Positions 8,889-18,039 of a stretch of 32,000 nucleotides of DNA are shown here, piece after piece. The position numbers and the translations under genes were made by a program. Source of the stretch: Planctopirus limnophila DSM 3776 (GTDB lineage: Bacteria; Planctomycetota; Planctomycetia; Planctomycetales; Planctomycetaceae); the NCBI RefSeq assembly GCF_000092105.1, contig NC_014148.1, positions 1,770,001 to 1,802,000 on the forward strand, given 5' to 3'. A model generated the notes under the pieces. That model ran no database searches. It saw nothing but the letters and a program-made list of their open reading frames with translations, and was not told the DNA's origin. The number at the start of each line of letters is the position of its first letter. The first letter of the stretch is position 1.

Positions 8889-9875
8889 TCAAGGCTGGAA
8901 TGGCAATTTTCCTTCGCCTCGGGGCGGAACGATCGAGGCAGGCTTTGTCGAACTGTAGACACGCACATAGTCCACAATCATCTCTGCAGGAAACTGGGAT
9001 TTCTCATCGGGTGGGCCCAGAAAATTCCCTCCCACGGCCACGTTCATGATCAGATAAAACGGCTGGTCAAACGGGGCTGGCCACGGATTCAGATCCTGTT
9101 CTCCGGCTGGCTTCTTCCCCTGTCCAGAAGTGCCTTGAACACCACTGGTACTCCACCAGAAGTTTTGAGTTTGATAAACCTTTCCATCGACCAGCCAACT
9201 GATCTTTCCCGGTTCCCATTCGACCGCGTAGGTGTGAAAGTCAGCCATCGATGTCCCTGCCGGAAAGATAAACTCATCTCCGCTATGGGCATTCTGAGGC
9301 CATCTGCCGCCGTAGTGTACTGTCCCTAAGACTTTTCCAGGTTCCTGTCCGCGAGCTTCCATGACGTCGATCTCGCCAGAGGCTGCCCAGGGCCCATAGG
9401 AATCGCCCTGTGGCAGCATCCAGAGAGCGGGCCAGACACCTTTCTCGGTGGGTAACTTGGCTCGAAATTCAAATTTGCCATACTTCTGGTTGAAGAGCGG
9501 AGAACCATCCCGCTGGCGTGTCTTCAGCTTGGCGGATGTATAGCCACATCCCTGATACGATTCCTTGACCGCTCGAATATGCAGCATGCCGTCGCGAATG
9601 AACGCATTCTCTGGTTCTTTGGTGTAATACTGCAGTTCGTTGTTACCCCAACCACTGATCCATTGGTTGGAATGGTAGTTGTAGAAGCCGTTCCCGAGAT
9701 CGAAATCCCATTTCTTACGATCAATCTCACTGCCAGCAAACTCGTCGCTCCACGTGAGCTTCCACTCGCTGGTTGGCTCTGCCGCTTGATTTCGTCCGGG
9801 AGATAATCCACCGATGGTTGAAAGGGTGATTCCAACGGCCAGGATCTGAAAGAAAGGACGTGCAATGGAGTTCAT
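8889..9875 (-). CDS. secreted glycoside hydrolase family 16 (laminarinase/beta-1,3-glucanase-like)
   Basis: It has the GH16 catalytic motif in GVWPALWMLP...SGEIDVMEARG, plus GTVHYG and the C-terminal FYLIMNVAVGG. ATG 9875 gives the signal peptide MNSIARPFFQILAVGITLSTIGG. The track start 9995 adds 40 non-signal residues. Confidence 0.85.
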   Translation of the reverse strand: MNSIARPFFQILAVGITLSTIGGLSPGRNQAAEPTSEWKLTWSDEFAGSEIDRKKWDFDLGNGFYNYHSNQWISGWGNNELQYYTKEPENAFIRDGMLHIRAVKESYQGCGYTSAKLKTRQRDGSPLFNQKYGKFEFRAKLPTEKGVWPALWMLPQGDSYGPWAASGEIDVMEARGQEPGKVLGTVHYGGRWPQNAHSGDEFIFPAGTSMADFHTYAVEWEPGKISWLVDGKVYQTQNFWWSTSGVQGTSGQGKKPAGEQDLNPWPAPFDQPFYLIMNVAVGGNFLGPPDEKSQFPAEMIVDYVRVYSSTKPASIVPPRGEGKLPFQP

Positions 9876-10004
9876 GAAATGTCTTATGAAGATGGGATGA
9901 CTGTTATGCAAGATACAATCAACCAGAGTTGATAGATCAATCTCCGAAGTTACCCCGCTTCTCAATTCATGAGTCAAGATTTTTGCAAATGACACCTTGA
10001 ATTG

Positions 10005-10496
10005 TCAGCTTCTTGGAATTTCCAGCCATTGAACATGACTGTTAGTCGTTTCAAAGACGGCAACAGTGAATTTTGCAGCTCGATGGAGTGCCCCCGGATT
10101 GATCCGTCTGAGACCATCAATCGTTAATTCCCCAGCGAGATGCGAATGCCCGCAGAAGAGAACTTCTGGGGTGCCTCGACTGATTCTTTTGATGTCCAAC
10201 GTTAAATGGCCATGTACCACTCCAAGCTTGCGGCCACCCAGCAAAATGACATCACCCCAGCCCAGACATGTTACATGGAGTTCAGCAGCGGCGATCTTCA
10301 ATTCTGAGGCGGAGTCCGCATCATGATTCCCGAATACAAACCACAGGGGCAGGCAAGCGCAGATCTCCAAGATGGGAGTACTGGCCAGATCCCCGCAATG
10401 AATCAAAGCCTCCACACCGGCTTGGCGTAATACTTCAACAGCCACACGCGTGCGGGCCAATTCGTTGTGAGTATCCGAGAGGATCCCAAGCAGCAC
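10005..10496 (-). CDS. YfcE/MJ0936-family metallophosphoesterase
   Basis: The motifs are in canonical order: ILSDTHN, HCGDL, FGNHD, VVHGH, CGHSH. The start is GTG, with GGAAGGA about 10 nt upstream. Confidence 0.85.
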   Translation of the reverse strand: MLLGILSDTHNELARTRVAVEVLRQAGVEALIHCGDLASTPILEICACLPLWFVFGNHDADSASELKIAAAELHVTCLGWGDVILLGGRKLGVVHGHLTLDIKRISRGTPEVLFCGHSHLAGELTIDGLRRINPGALHRAAKFTVAVFETTNSHVQWLEIPRS

Positions 10497-10539
10497 TTAG
10501 GGTGTTCCTTCCAATGAGCGTAAAAAACGCTTCTTGCCA

Positions 10540-11736
10540 TCATCCAAATAGCCCAATACTTGCCGTAAATCCATGCAGGAAGTTCTTTGTACCGACTTGA
10601 CCAAGTTCTCCCTGGGCAAAAAATCCTGCGACAGGAATGGAGCCGAAGAATTCTTCCAGTTTTTGGGCATCGTGGTGAGGAGCGGAAAACAACCGCGTCC
10701 CTCGGCCGTTGCAGGTAAAGAGCAGGGCGGCTTGCGGTGCCGGATGGCTGGAACGGGCAGTCTTTAGCATTTCGACCAGATCCTCGCTGGCCGTCACATG
10801 ATCACGCAGATGAAACTGCACGGTTTGGCCGACTCGTGCTTTTCCGCCAATGGCCAGCACTCCGGTATTACGATCAGCACCAATCACATTGGCAATCAGA
10901 AAGTCGCCCCTGCGGAACTGATCGCGATACTCGGTCATGGCCAATCCCAGGTGTAGGCCGTTTTCGATCAGCCTCTGGTCAGTGGCGGATAAGTCAGCGT
11001 AAAGCTGTTCCAGACGGGCCAGTGGAGGTTCACCACCCAGTTCCACGATAAAGTTTCGATCAGCCTTCGTCACCACATAGGTTGTTCCCACCGGTTTACA
11101 CCCTTGTGAGACCACCGGTGTAAACGTCAGATTTCCCGAGAGAATGACTCCAATCGCCCCCTCTTCGAAAACCTGCGGTTCAATTGCCTTGTGAGCATAA
11201 AACAGGCGGTTTTCGCCCGGTCCACCGCCGCTGGCCATACCACCAATGACGGGCAGGTTCGGCAAATCCTCTGCCAGATGATCTGTGATCAGATCTGTCA
11301 ATGAGGAATACGGATCGGCCAGTACGATCGCACAGCGAGCATTCCCCTGAAGAAGTCCATTGACTCCCTGTGGTAAGCCCGTAGTGACGATGCCATCCGG
11401 CGTGCGTTCAAACGTTGCCTGAAAAGGGATCATTCCCACGCCGTCCCACGAGGCCGCCCAAATCGAAAGTGCCGGTCCATTTTCAAGTTCCCGGCCTGTG
11501 GCCACAATCGATTCGCCCGAACAGCCGAGCAGGACTTTGGCACCTGTTGTGGAGACGAGCCCCGCCGACAGATTCTGCCAGGCATCCGCATAATGGTGGG
11601 AGCAAAACACCAGCAGCAAATCGGGGTGTCGCCCCTCAAGCTGGCTTTGAATCTCAATAGCAACCTGTTCCATCGCACGAACTAATGAAACTTCTGTCGT
11701 CCAGGCGGCTGCATATCGGTTCATAAAGGCAATCAT
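10540..11736 (-). CDS. stand-alone FIST-domain (FIST_N + FIST_C) sensory protein
   Basis: The N-terminal part LLLVFCSHHY...LLGCSGESIV fits FIST_N. The C-terminal part AALLFTCNGRGTRLF...IPVAGFFAQGELG fits FIST_C. The track start 11751 is TTG, and the ATG options are 11736 and 11724. Confidence 0.8.
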   Translation of the reverse strand: MIAFMNRYAAAWTTEVSLVRAMEQVAIEIQSQLEGRHPDLLLVFCSHHYADAWQNLSAGLVSTTGAKVLLGCSGESIVATGRELENGPALSIWAASWDGVGMIPFQATFERTPDGIVTTGLPQGVNGLLQGNARCAIVLADPYSSLTDLITDHLAEDLPNLPVIGGMASGGGPGENRLFYAHKAIEPQVFEEGAIGVILSGNLTFTPVVSQGCKPVGTTYVVTKADRNFIVELGGEPPLARLEQLYADLSATDQRLIENGLHLGLAMTEYRDQFRRGDFLIANVIGADRNTGVLAIGGKARVGQTVQFHLRDHVTASEDLVEMLKTARSSHPAPQAALLFTCNGRGTRLFSAPHHDAQKLEEFFGSIPVAGFFAQGELGQVGTKNFLHGFTASIGLFG

Positions 11737-11835
11737 CCTCAGGTGACTCAAAGGTTATCACCTAAGGATGAGCAATTCTTTAACCATCGGCAAGTGCTAC
11801 GGACTCACCATGTCAGGATCAAAATGAGTTTGATC

Positions 11836-12663
11836 TCAGTTGGAATCGGGGAGGTCACTCGTCGCATCAGTTCCAGTTCCAGCGAGGCGAACTGATGACT
11901 TGACAGTGCTCACCGTCTTGAAGTCATCTCGCGGGGCTCGTTCATCCTTGACCTGACGAACCACGTTCGCCGTCCAGCCCGCCACACCAAACGGAATCTC
12001 GGCAGATCGCCAGATGGTGGAGTCTTCCTGGGTTCGGCTGCCAGCTCGCTCGACTTCGAGTTTGCCTTCATACTTTGTTGCCGATTGCGGGCCGGCCGGG
12101 GTGGAGAGATCTTCCGGAGCGTTACCAACGGTCATGGTGCGGAAATATCCGGCCAGCACGCCGAGTGGATAGAGCTGCAAAGCTGGGGAGACGATGGGAG
12201 TGATCTCGCCGCTGCCCACTTTGCGGTAACCTTTGACTACGGGCAGGAAGGAGAGCGGAATCCCTTCCTGATTCGTAATTCCTTGAGGTATCGCAGTCTC
12301 CGGGACGAGCACTTTGTAGATCTCCAGCCCAGCCAGACCAGTATCCAGCTTGCCATCGACTTCTTTGCCACGCTCGATGCGAATCTCTATCCATCGGCAA
12401 GGCTTCTGTTCTCCTGCCACTTCGGCCATCTCTGATCCCAGCGCCTTGATGGTCACCTGCTCTGACCAGGGTGGTAATTCCAGATCACCGCCAGCAGCTC
12501 CCGGCCTGGCTTCCGTCTGCTCGAAGGTCCCCTGAAAGCGAACCCAACTTCCCTCGGCTGGCAAATTCCAGATCAACGTTTGTGCTGAGACGTGCGCCTG
12601 AATCCCGAAGACCAGAGCCAGTGCGAACATCCAAGCAAGCTTTTGCGGCTGCCAACGTCTCAT
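11836..12663 (-). CDS. secreted beta-rich protein of unknown function
   Basis: ATG 12663 gives MRRWQPQKLAWMFALALVFGIQAHVSA|QT, a clear signal peptide; ATG 12681 is an alternative. The extension up to the track start 12861 has no protein-like features. Confidence 0.6.
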   Translation of the reverse strand: MRRWQPQKLAWMFALALVFGIQAHVSAQTLIWNLPAEGSWVRFQGTFEQTEARPGAAGGDLELPPWSEQVTIKALGSEMAEVAGEQKPCRWIEIRIERGKEVDGKLDTGLAGLEIYKVLVPETAIPQGITNQEGIPLSFLPVVKGYRKVGSGEITPIVSPALQLYPLGVLAGYFRTMTVGNAPEDLSTPAGPQSATKYEGKLEVERAGSRTQEDSTIWRSAEIPFGVAGWTANVVRQVKDERAPRDDFKTVSTVKSSVRLAGTGTDATSDLPDSN

Positions 12664-13248
12664 AACGAACCCTTTTGCCATCGACTTTCGGAGTGAAAGC
12701 ATCTGAAGTGAATTTCTGAAAGAGTGTTCTTTTGAATACATTTCAATGATTGGTGAGATTTGGTTGTGACTATTCACGATCCATGAAGCTGCCCACCAAA
12801 CGCGAGTCACAACTTCATCGATGCCACGAGTTCTTGAGTTTTGCCCGAACAGAGGGCACAAAACAAGCCGATTTCTTTGAGTTTGTTGTCTTCATGAGAG
12901 AAGTGTAAGCCTGTCAGCCCGAACATTCTGTGAAATCGACATGCGAAACGGGCGTGCCACTGAGAGGGTATCCACTGACGGTGATCGGTCCCCCGGCTTT
13001 ACTCCGCAGACAAGTGATAAAGCCTCCGCTTCTAATGGAATCAAATAAATTGATTAAATGCCCGAGTGTTGATGGGCTTGCAGAGAATCATTTTGAGGAA
13101 AAACTTTACGAAAACCGGTCCGAATAGATTGTTCATTTCACAAGTTGGCATGATATTGTCGTAGAACTGCAGGAAGTCTTCATCAGGAAAGAAGATCGGG
13201 CGAATTTTCTCATTGCTGACTTCTCTAACGAGCCAAGGAATCGTCTCT

Positions 13249-15198
13249 ATGCTGAGTCATTCGTTTTTCTGTCGAGTTCTGGGCGTCGCCATGTGGCTGG
13301 CTGCAAGTGGTCTGTACCAGCTGTCTCAAAGCGTTGCGAGTGAGCCTGTCCCGGTAAAAACAGCCCTGGTAAAGCCAACGCAGGAAAAGCCAGCGGAAGA
13401 TGCACCAGCGACTTCGGCCACAACGACAATCACTCCTGGCTCAGAAAAAGCAGGTACGGGAACCGCAGGTAACAAAGTTCCGGAAGCTGAAGTCAAGCCT
13501 CTCAAGATTGCTCATTTGAAGATCTCCGGTGCCTTAACTGAGGGAGCACCACTCGAAGGGCTATTTGGAGAAACTTCCGAAACCTTATTCACTCTCATTG
13601 CTCGCCTCGACAAAGCGGCAGCCGACAAAGAAATCCAAACGGTTGTCCTCGAGTTTGGTGACCTTGCTCTCGGTCGTGGCAAGATTTATGAACTTCGTTC
13701 GGCCATTGCCCGCATTCGCGCTGCCGGGAAAGACGTCTGGGCTTATCTCGATTCCGCCGACACCACTGCGTATCTGCTCGCTTCGGCCTGTGACAAAATC
13801 GTGATGCCCGAACCCGCCATGCTCATGATCCCCGGCGTGCGGGCTGAAGTCTGGTTCTACAAAGAGATGCTCTCCAAGATCGATGTCGAGCCCGAAGTTG
13901 TGCGTATTGGCGAGTTCAAATCGGCCGGTGAACCTTACACCCGCAAAGATATGAGCCCCGAGTTCAAAAAAGAGATGGATGAACTCCTCGACGATGTCTA
14001 CTCCCAGATTGTGTCAACCATTGCGGAAAGTCGAAAAATTCCCGCAGACAAAGTTCGCGAGTTGATCGATACCGCCGTCTTCACCAGCGAAAAAGCCAAA
14101 TCCGCTGGCCTTCTGGATGAAGTGCAGTATGAGTCTGGTCTCTATGACGTAATCAAAAAGTCTCACAACGTCACTTCCGCAAAACTGACTCGCAACTATG
14201 GTCGTAAGAAGACAGACGCTGACCTTTCTGGCCTGAATGGCATTATCACTCTTATGAATGCACTCTCCGGGCAGACACCCGCTTCTCGGAAGTCATCGGC
14301 TCCCAAGGTTGGCATTCTCTATGCCAGTGGCATGATCTCCACCGGGAGCAGCCAGAACAGTCCCCTTTCGGGCGAAGTGCTGGGTTCCGAGACCTTTATC
14401 AAGGCCGTTCGTCAACTGAGAGATGACGACACTGTCAAGGCGGTCGTGTTACGGATCGACAGCCCTGGTGGAAGTGCGCTAGCCAGTGATCTGATGTGGC
14501 ACGAACTGGAACTTCTCAAAGCGAAAAAACCACTCGTCGCCAGCATGAGCGATGTCGCCGGCAGCGGCGGCTATTACATCGCGATGGGAACTCAAAAGAT
14601 TTACGCTGCCCCCGGAACAGTGACAGGTTCGATTGGTGTTGTCGGCGGGAAAGTAGCACTCGAAAAACTCTACAACAAACTGGGGATCAATGTCGTCGTT
14701 CTCGAACGCGGCAAAAACAGCGGCGTACTCTCGACCACTACAGGCTTTACGGAGTCTCAGCGAGAAGCGACTCGACTGCTGATGAATGAAATTTACGAGC
14801 AGTTCACCAGCAAGGCGGCTGCTGGACGAAAAATGGAAGTCGCACAACTGGAAAAGCTGGCCCGCGGCCGGATTTACTCGGGCAATCGTGCTCTCGAAAT
14901 CGGCCTCGTGGATGAGATCGGCACTCTGGAAGATGCGATCAAGGGAGCTATCGCCCTCGCCAAGATCGAAAACCCAGCCAAGCTCGAACGCCTGGAACTC
15001 CCCAAACCAGGCAGTCCACTGGAATCGTTGCTGGGCCCCATGGGTGCCGAATCTCGCATGGAAGCCCGTCTGGAACAACGTCTTAAAGATCTGATTCCCA
15101 CGGCACTTCAACCCGCTCTGCAGGATGAACTGCTGATGCGCATGCTGGCGAATCAGCCCGTGCTGACAGTCATGCCCTACCGTCTCGAACTGAAGTAG
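13249..15198 (+). CDS. sppA: signal peptide peptidase SppA, 67K (two-domain) type
   Basis: There are two tandem ClpP/crotonase-like halves. They contain AVVLRIDSPGGSALASD and MSDVAGSGGYYIAMG (the catalytic Ser region). ATG 13249 has AAGGA about 10 nt upstream, and the track start 13213 is TTG. Confidence 0.9.
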   Translation: MLSHSFFCRVLGVAMWLAASGLYQLSQSVASEPVPVKTALVKPTQEKPAEDAPATSATTTITPGSEKAGTGTAGNKVPEAEVKPLKIAHLKISGALTEGAPLEGLFGETSETLFTLIARLDKAAADKEIQTVVLEFGDLALGRGKIYELRSAIARIRAAGKDVWAYLDSADTTAYLLASACDKIVMPEPAMLMIPGVRAEVWFYKEMLSKIDVEPEVVRIGEFKSAGEPYTRKDMSPEFKKEMDELLDDVYSQIVSTIAESRKIPADKVRELIDTAVFTSEKAKSAGLLDEVQYESGLYDVIKKSHNVTSAKLTRNYGRKKTDADLSGLNGIITLMNALSGQTPASRKSSAPKVGILYASGMISTGSSQNSPLSGEVLGSETFIKAVRQLRDDDTVKAVVLRIDSPGGSALASDLMWHELELLKAKKPLVASMSDVAGSGGYYIAMGTQKIYAAPGTVTGSIGVVGGKVALEKLYNKLGINVVVLERGKNSGVLSTTTGFTESQREATRLLMNEIYEQFTSKAAAGRKMEVAQLEKLARGRIYSGNRALEIGLVDEIGTLEDAIKGAIALAKIENPAKLERLELPKPGSPLESLLGPMGAESRMEARLEQRLKDLIPTALQPALQDELLMRMLANQPVLTVMPYRLELK

Positions 15199-15222
15199 CG
15201 GTTGATAAAATCTGCCTGGGGT

Positions 15223-15250
15223 AACTCATACTTCCTCTATAAGATGAGTT
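15223..15250 (+). terminator. possible hairpin AACTCAT-(14 nt)-ATGAGTT after sppA
   Basis: It is a 7-bp AT-rich stem 25 nt after the sppA stop with no convincing T-tract. This is weak evidence. Confidence 0.2.
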
Positions 15251-15319
15251 GTTATCCACTGGGCTGTCTCGCTGGTACAACCATAATTGTTCAGAAGACT
15301 CTTGCGAAAGATTGGTGAT

Positions 15320-17962
15320 ATGCGGAGATCCGCACGAAGGATTTCTTTCAGTGGGTTCGCAATGGTCGGCCTGCTTGTCGGAACTCAAGGATGTTTCATC
15401 ACTTCGTCTCCACCTGTTGCGAATCAGGGCGGGGGAGATGCAGCAGCCGAAAAACTCACTGCGGCAGCTCTCAAGATGGAGCAGGCCGCTGATCGACTCG
15501 CTGCCGCAGCCGATCGATTGTCGAAGCTGGAAGTGAGGGTGGGTTCAGGGACGGGCTCCGCGGCTTCCGAAGCAACGGCTTCACCAACGACAGCAGAGGC
15601 CAAGCCAGTAGAGACAGCCGCCTCGTCGACCGAAGCCAAACTGATCCGCGAAGTTGATGAGCTCTACGCCAAATACCCCGATGTCCCCCGTGTCGAAATC
15701 CTGAAAGAACTCGATGGCATCGAAATTCCTCGTGTCAAAGCCGGCAGCGGCAAAACACTAGAGTTGGGTGCAGGCATACCAGTGGACGTCGGGAACCCGC
15801 ACGCGGCGAGCAAACCCAGCCAACCGGTCAAGGGTGATCAGGTCATTGTGCGGTTCAATTCCGAGCCCAAATCGTTGAACCCCGTCATCGAACAGTCAGC
15901 GGTCCAAACCTACATGGGCCAATATATTCAGGAAGCTCTGGCGCGGCAGGACAACGAGACCTTCGAGTTTGTGCCTCACCTCGCGACGAAATGGATCATC
16001 GAAGATTCCGTCAAGCTCTCGTCGGATTATCCCGGTAAGAAATATCGCCTCGTCCTCGGTGACGGCAGCCCACTTCCTTCAGCTGAAATCGAGTATCTGC
16101 CGCCCGCCAAAAAAGACCCCAAGGCCGAACCTGAGGTCATGAAGATCGTCGTCAAAACGGTCAATGAGGAAGGTCAGCCGATTGCCAAAGGCTGGGTTGG
16201 CCTTTTCCCCATCGGCAAAATTCTGGGAGCGCCAACTACTGGCTATCACAACTGGAGCAATGAACAAGGCGAACTCGTCATCAGCGGGATCATTCCCGGC
16301 AAGTACCGCGTCCTGACGGGGAGCGAGATTTATGGAAAAGTGAAGCCGCTAGCCGATGGAGCCATCGAAGTCACTCCGCTTTCCGAAGAGAACCCGCTCA
16401 AGCAGGCACTTCCACCCGGCCAGACATCGCTCGTTCTTAAAGCCGATGAATACCAGGATATTCAGCGCGAGACGTGGATGACGTTTTATCTCGATCCCCG
16501 AGCCAAATGGTCTGATGGCACTCCCTTTACGAGTACCGATCTCAAGTTTGCCTTTGCAGTCTTGAACAACAACACAGTCGACTGTGATGCCGTTCGGACC
16601 TATTACTCAGACCTCACAGATCTGGATGCCCTTTCGCCGCTGGTCGTGCGCATGCGATATCGGCAGCAGTACTTTAAAGCGTTCGAGTTTGGTGCCGGGA
16701 TTGGCCTCTACACGCCCCCGTTTGAGTTCTTCAAGAATCGACTGAAAACACAGACCACCGAACCTGCGATCACAGGCTACGAGCTGACTCTCGATCGTCT
16801 CACCGAAGCGGAAGAAGATTCTCAGAAGAAAGTGAGCGCGCACGGAAAGCGGTTCGGAAAATTCTTTAATCTCGACACGGCCTACAATCAGACTCCTCTG
16901 GGAACTGGCCCTTACATGGTCGAAAGCTGGAAGAAGACCGATCGCGTCATTCTGAGCAGAAATGACAGCTACTGGCTGCCCGAACGCAGTGGTTACCTTG
17001 ATAAGCTGATCTTCCGTTTTCTCCCCGATAATACGACCGCGCTGCAATCGTTGCGTGCCGGTGAAATCGACTTCAATTACCGGATGGACCCCGAGCAGTT
17101 CACCAAGGATCTCGCTGGTCCGCCCGATTGGTTCAAAGACAAGTTCATCAAAGCCGATTGGTACACCCCGAACTACGGCTACTACTGCTGGAATCTCAAC
17201 CGGCCCTACTTCAAAGACCAGCGCGTCCGCATGGCTCTGGCTATGCTGTTCGAGAAAGAAGCGTTCCTGAAAAACAAGATGTACAATCTGGGAACGATGG
17301 TCAGTGGCAGCCAGTATTACTTTGGTCCCGGCTATGACCACTCGGTCAAATCGGTCGATTACAGTCCTGAAACGGCTCGCGATCTCCTCGCGACCGCTGG
17401 GTGGATCGATACAAATCGGGATGGCATTCTTGACCGAGACGGTGTGAAACTCAGCTTCGAAGCTCTGATCCCTTTTGGAAATCCAGTTATTGATGACCGT
17501 ACGGCACTCCTGCAGAAAACACTCAAGCAGGTTGGGGTCGACATGCAAATTACCCGCATCGAATGGGCAGCTTTTGTCGAACGTCTCAAAGCCAAGGATT
17601 TCGATCTCGTCACACTTTCGTGGGCCATGCCTGTTGAGAGTGATCCCTTCCAGCTCTGGCACAGTTCGGGAGCTACGCCTGAATCGCGAGGCAGTAATGC
17701 CGGCTCTTTTGCGAACAATCTGGCCGATGAACTGATCGAGAAAATTCGAGTCACGCTTGAACCCGATAAGCGGGCGCTTCTGAACTATTCACTCCATCGA
17801 CTGCTCGATGCCCAGCAGCCCTATTTGTTCCTCTATTGCTCAAAAGACCTGGGGGCATATCACAAACGCTTCCGGGGGGTGAAGTGGTATCGTCTGCGGC
17901 CCGGTTTTGATCTGGCTGAGTGGTATGTCCCCAAGGATGAGCAGGTTCATAAGTCGGAATAA
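15320..17962 (+). CDS. ABC transporter substrate-binding protein, family 5 (YejA/peptide-nickel type), enlarged (880 aa)
   Basis: ATG 15320 gives MRRSARRISFSGFAMVGLLVGTQGC, a signal anchor or possible lipoprotein Cys. An Ala/Ser/Thr-rich linker follows. The SBP_bac_5 hallmarks then appear: KSLNPV, LATKW, WSDGTPFTSTDLKFAF, GTGPYMVESW, RNDSYW, and TLSWAMPVESDPFQLWHS. Confidence 0.85.
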   Translation: MRRSARRISFSGFAMVGLLVGTQGCFITSSPPVANQGGGDAAAEKLTAAALKMEQAADRLAAAADRLSKLEVRVGSGTGSAASEATASPTTAEAKPVETAASSTEAKLIREVDELYAKYPDVPRVEILKELDGIEIPRVKAGSGKTLELGAGIPVDVGNPHAASKPSQPVKGDQVIVRFNSEPKSLNPVIEQSAVQTYMGQYIQEALARQDNETFEFVPHLATKWIIEDSVKLSSDYPGKKYRLVLGDGSPLPSAEIEYLPPAKKDPKAEPEVMKIVVKTVNEEGQPIAKGWVGLFPIGKILGAPTTGYHNWSNEQGELVISGIIPGKYRVLTGSEIYGKVKPLADGAIEVTPLSEENPLKQALPPGQTSLVLKADEYQDIQRETWMTFYLDPRAKWSDGTPFTSTDLKFAFAVLNNNTVDCDAVRTYYSDLTDLDALSPLVVRMRYRQQYFKAFEFGAGIGLYTPPFEFFKNRLKTQTTEPAITGYELTLDRLTEAEEDSQKKVSAHGKRFGKFFNLDTAYNQTPLGTGPYMVESWKKTDRVILSRNDSYWLPERSGYLDKLIFRFLPDNTTALQSLRAGEIDFNYRMDPEQFTKDLAGPPDWFKDKFIKADWYTPNYGYYCWNLNRPYFKDQRVRMALAMLFEKEAFLKNKMYNLGTMVSGSQYYFGPGYDHSVKSVDYSPETARDLLATAGWIDTNRDGILDRDGVKLSFEALIPFGNPVIDDRTALLQKTLKQVGVDMQITRIEWAAFVERLKAKDFDLVTLSWAMPVESDPFQLWHSSGATPESRGSNAGSFANNLADELIEKIRVTLEPDKRALLNYSLHRLLDAQQPYLFLYCSKDLGAYHKRFRGVKWYRLRPGFDLAEWYVPKDEQVHKSE

Positions 17963-18039
17963 TACGGGAATTGTGAAGCGTTCAGGACGACTTGCTGAGG
18001 CACTGAATCCATAGTCCGACCATCTGATGTGTGGAATGC

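Noticed and set aside
11737-12861. N-terminal extensions implied by the ORF-track starts, for example 12861 for the secreted protein, 11751 for FIST, 9995 for GH16, 13213 for SppA, 15287 for the SBP, 3501 for FlhB, 8036 for the TPR protein and 18031 for the permease.
   Set aside because: These starts are TTG or GTG codons, or upstream ATGs that place non-signal residues ahead of clear signal peptides. In each case a downstream ATG gives a canonical N-terminus (a signal peptide or a family-typical start) and often an SD-like motif.
12951-12999. A TPP-riboswitch-like string (GGCGUGCC-A-CUGAGA-GGG...GGUGAUCGG) upstream of sppA.
   Set aside because: It lacks the P3 hairpin between GUGC and CUGAGA. 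It also lacks the ACCC pairing segment and the ACCUGAUCUGGAUAAUGCCAGCG core. In addition, sppA is not a thiamin-related gene. The resemblance is limited to the CUGAGA hexamer.
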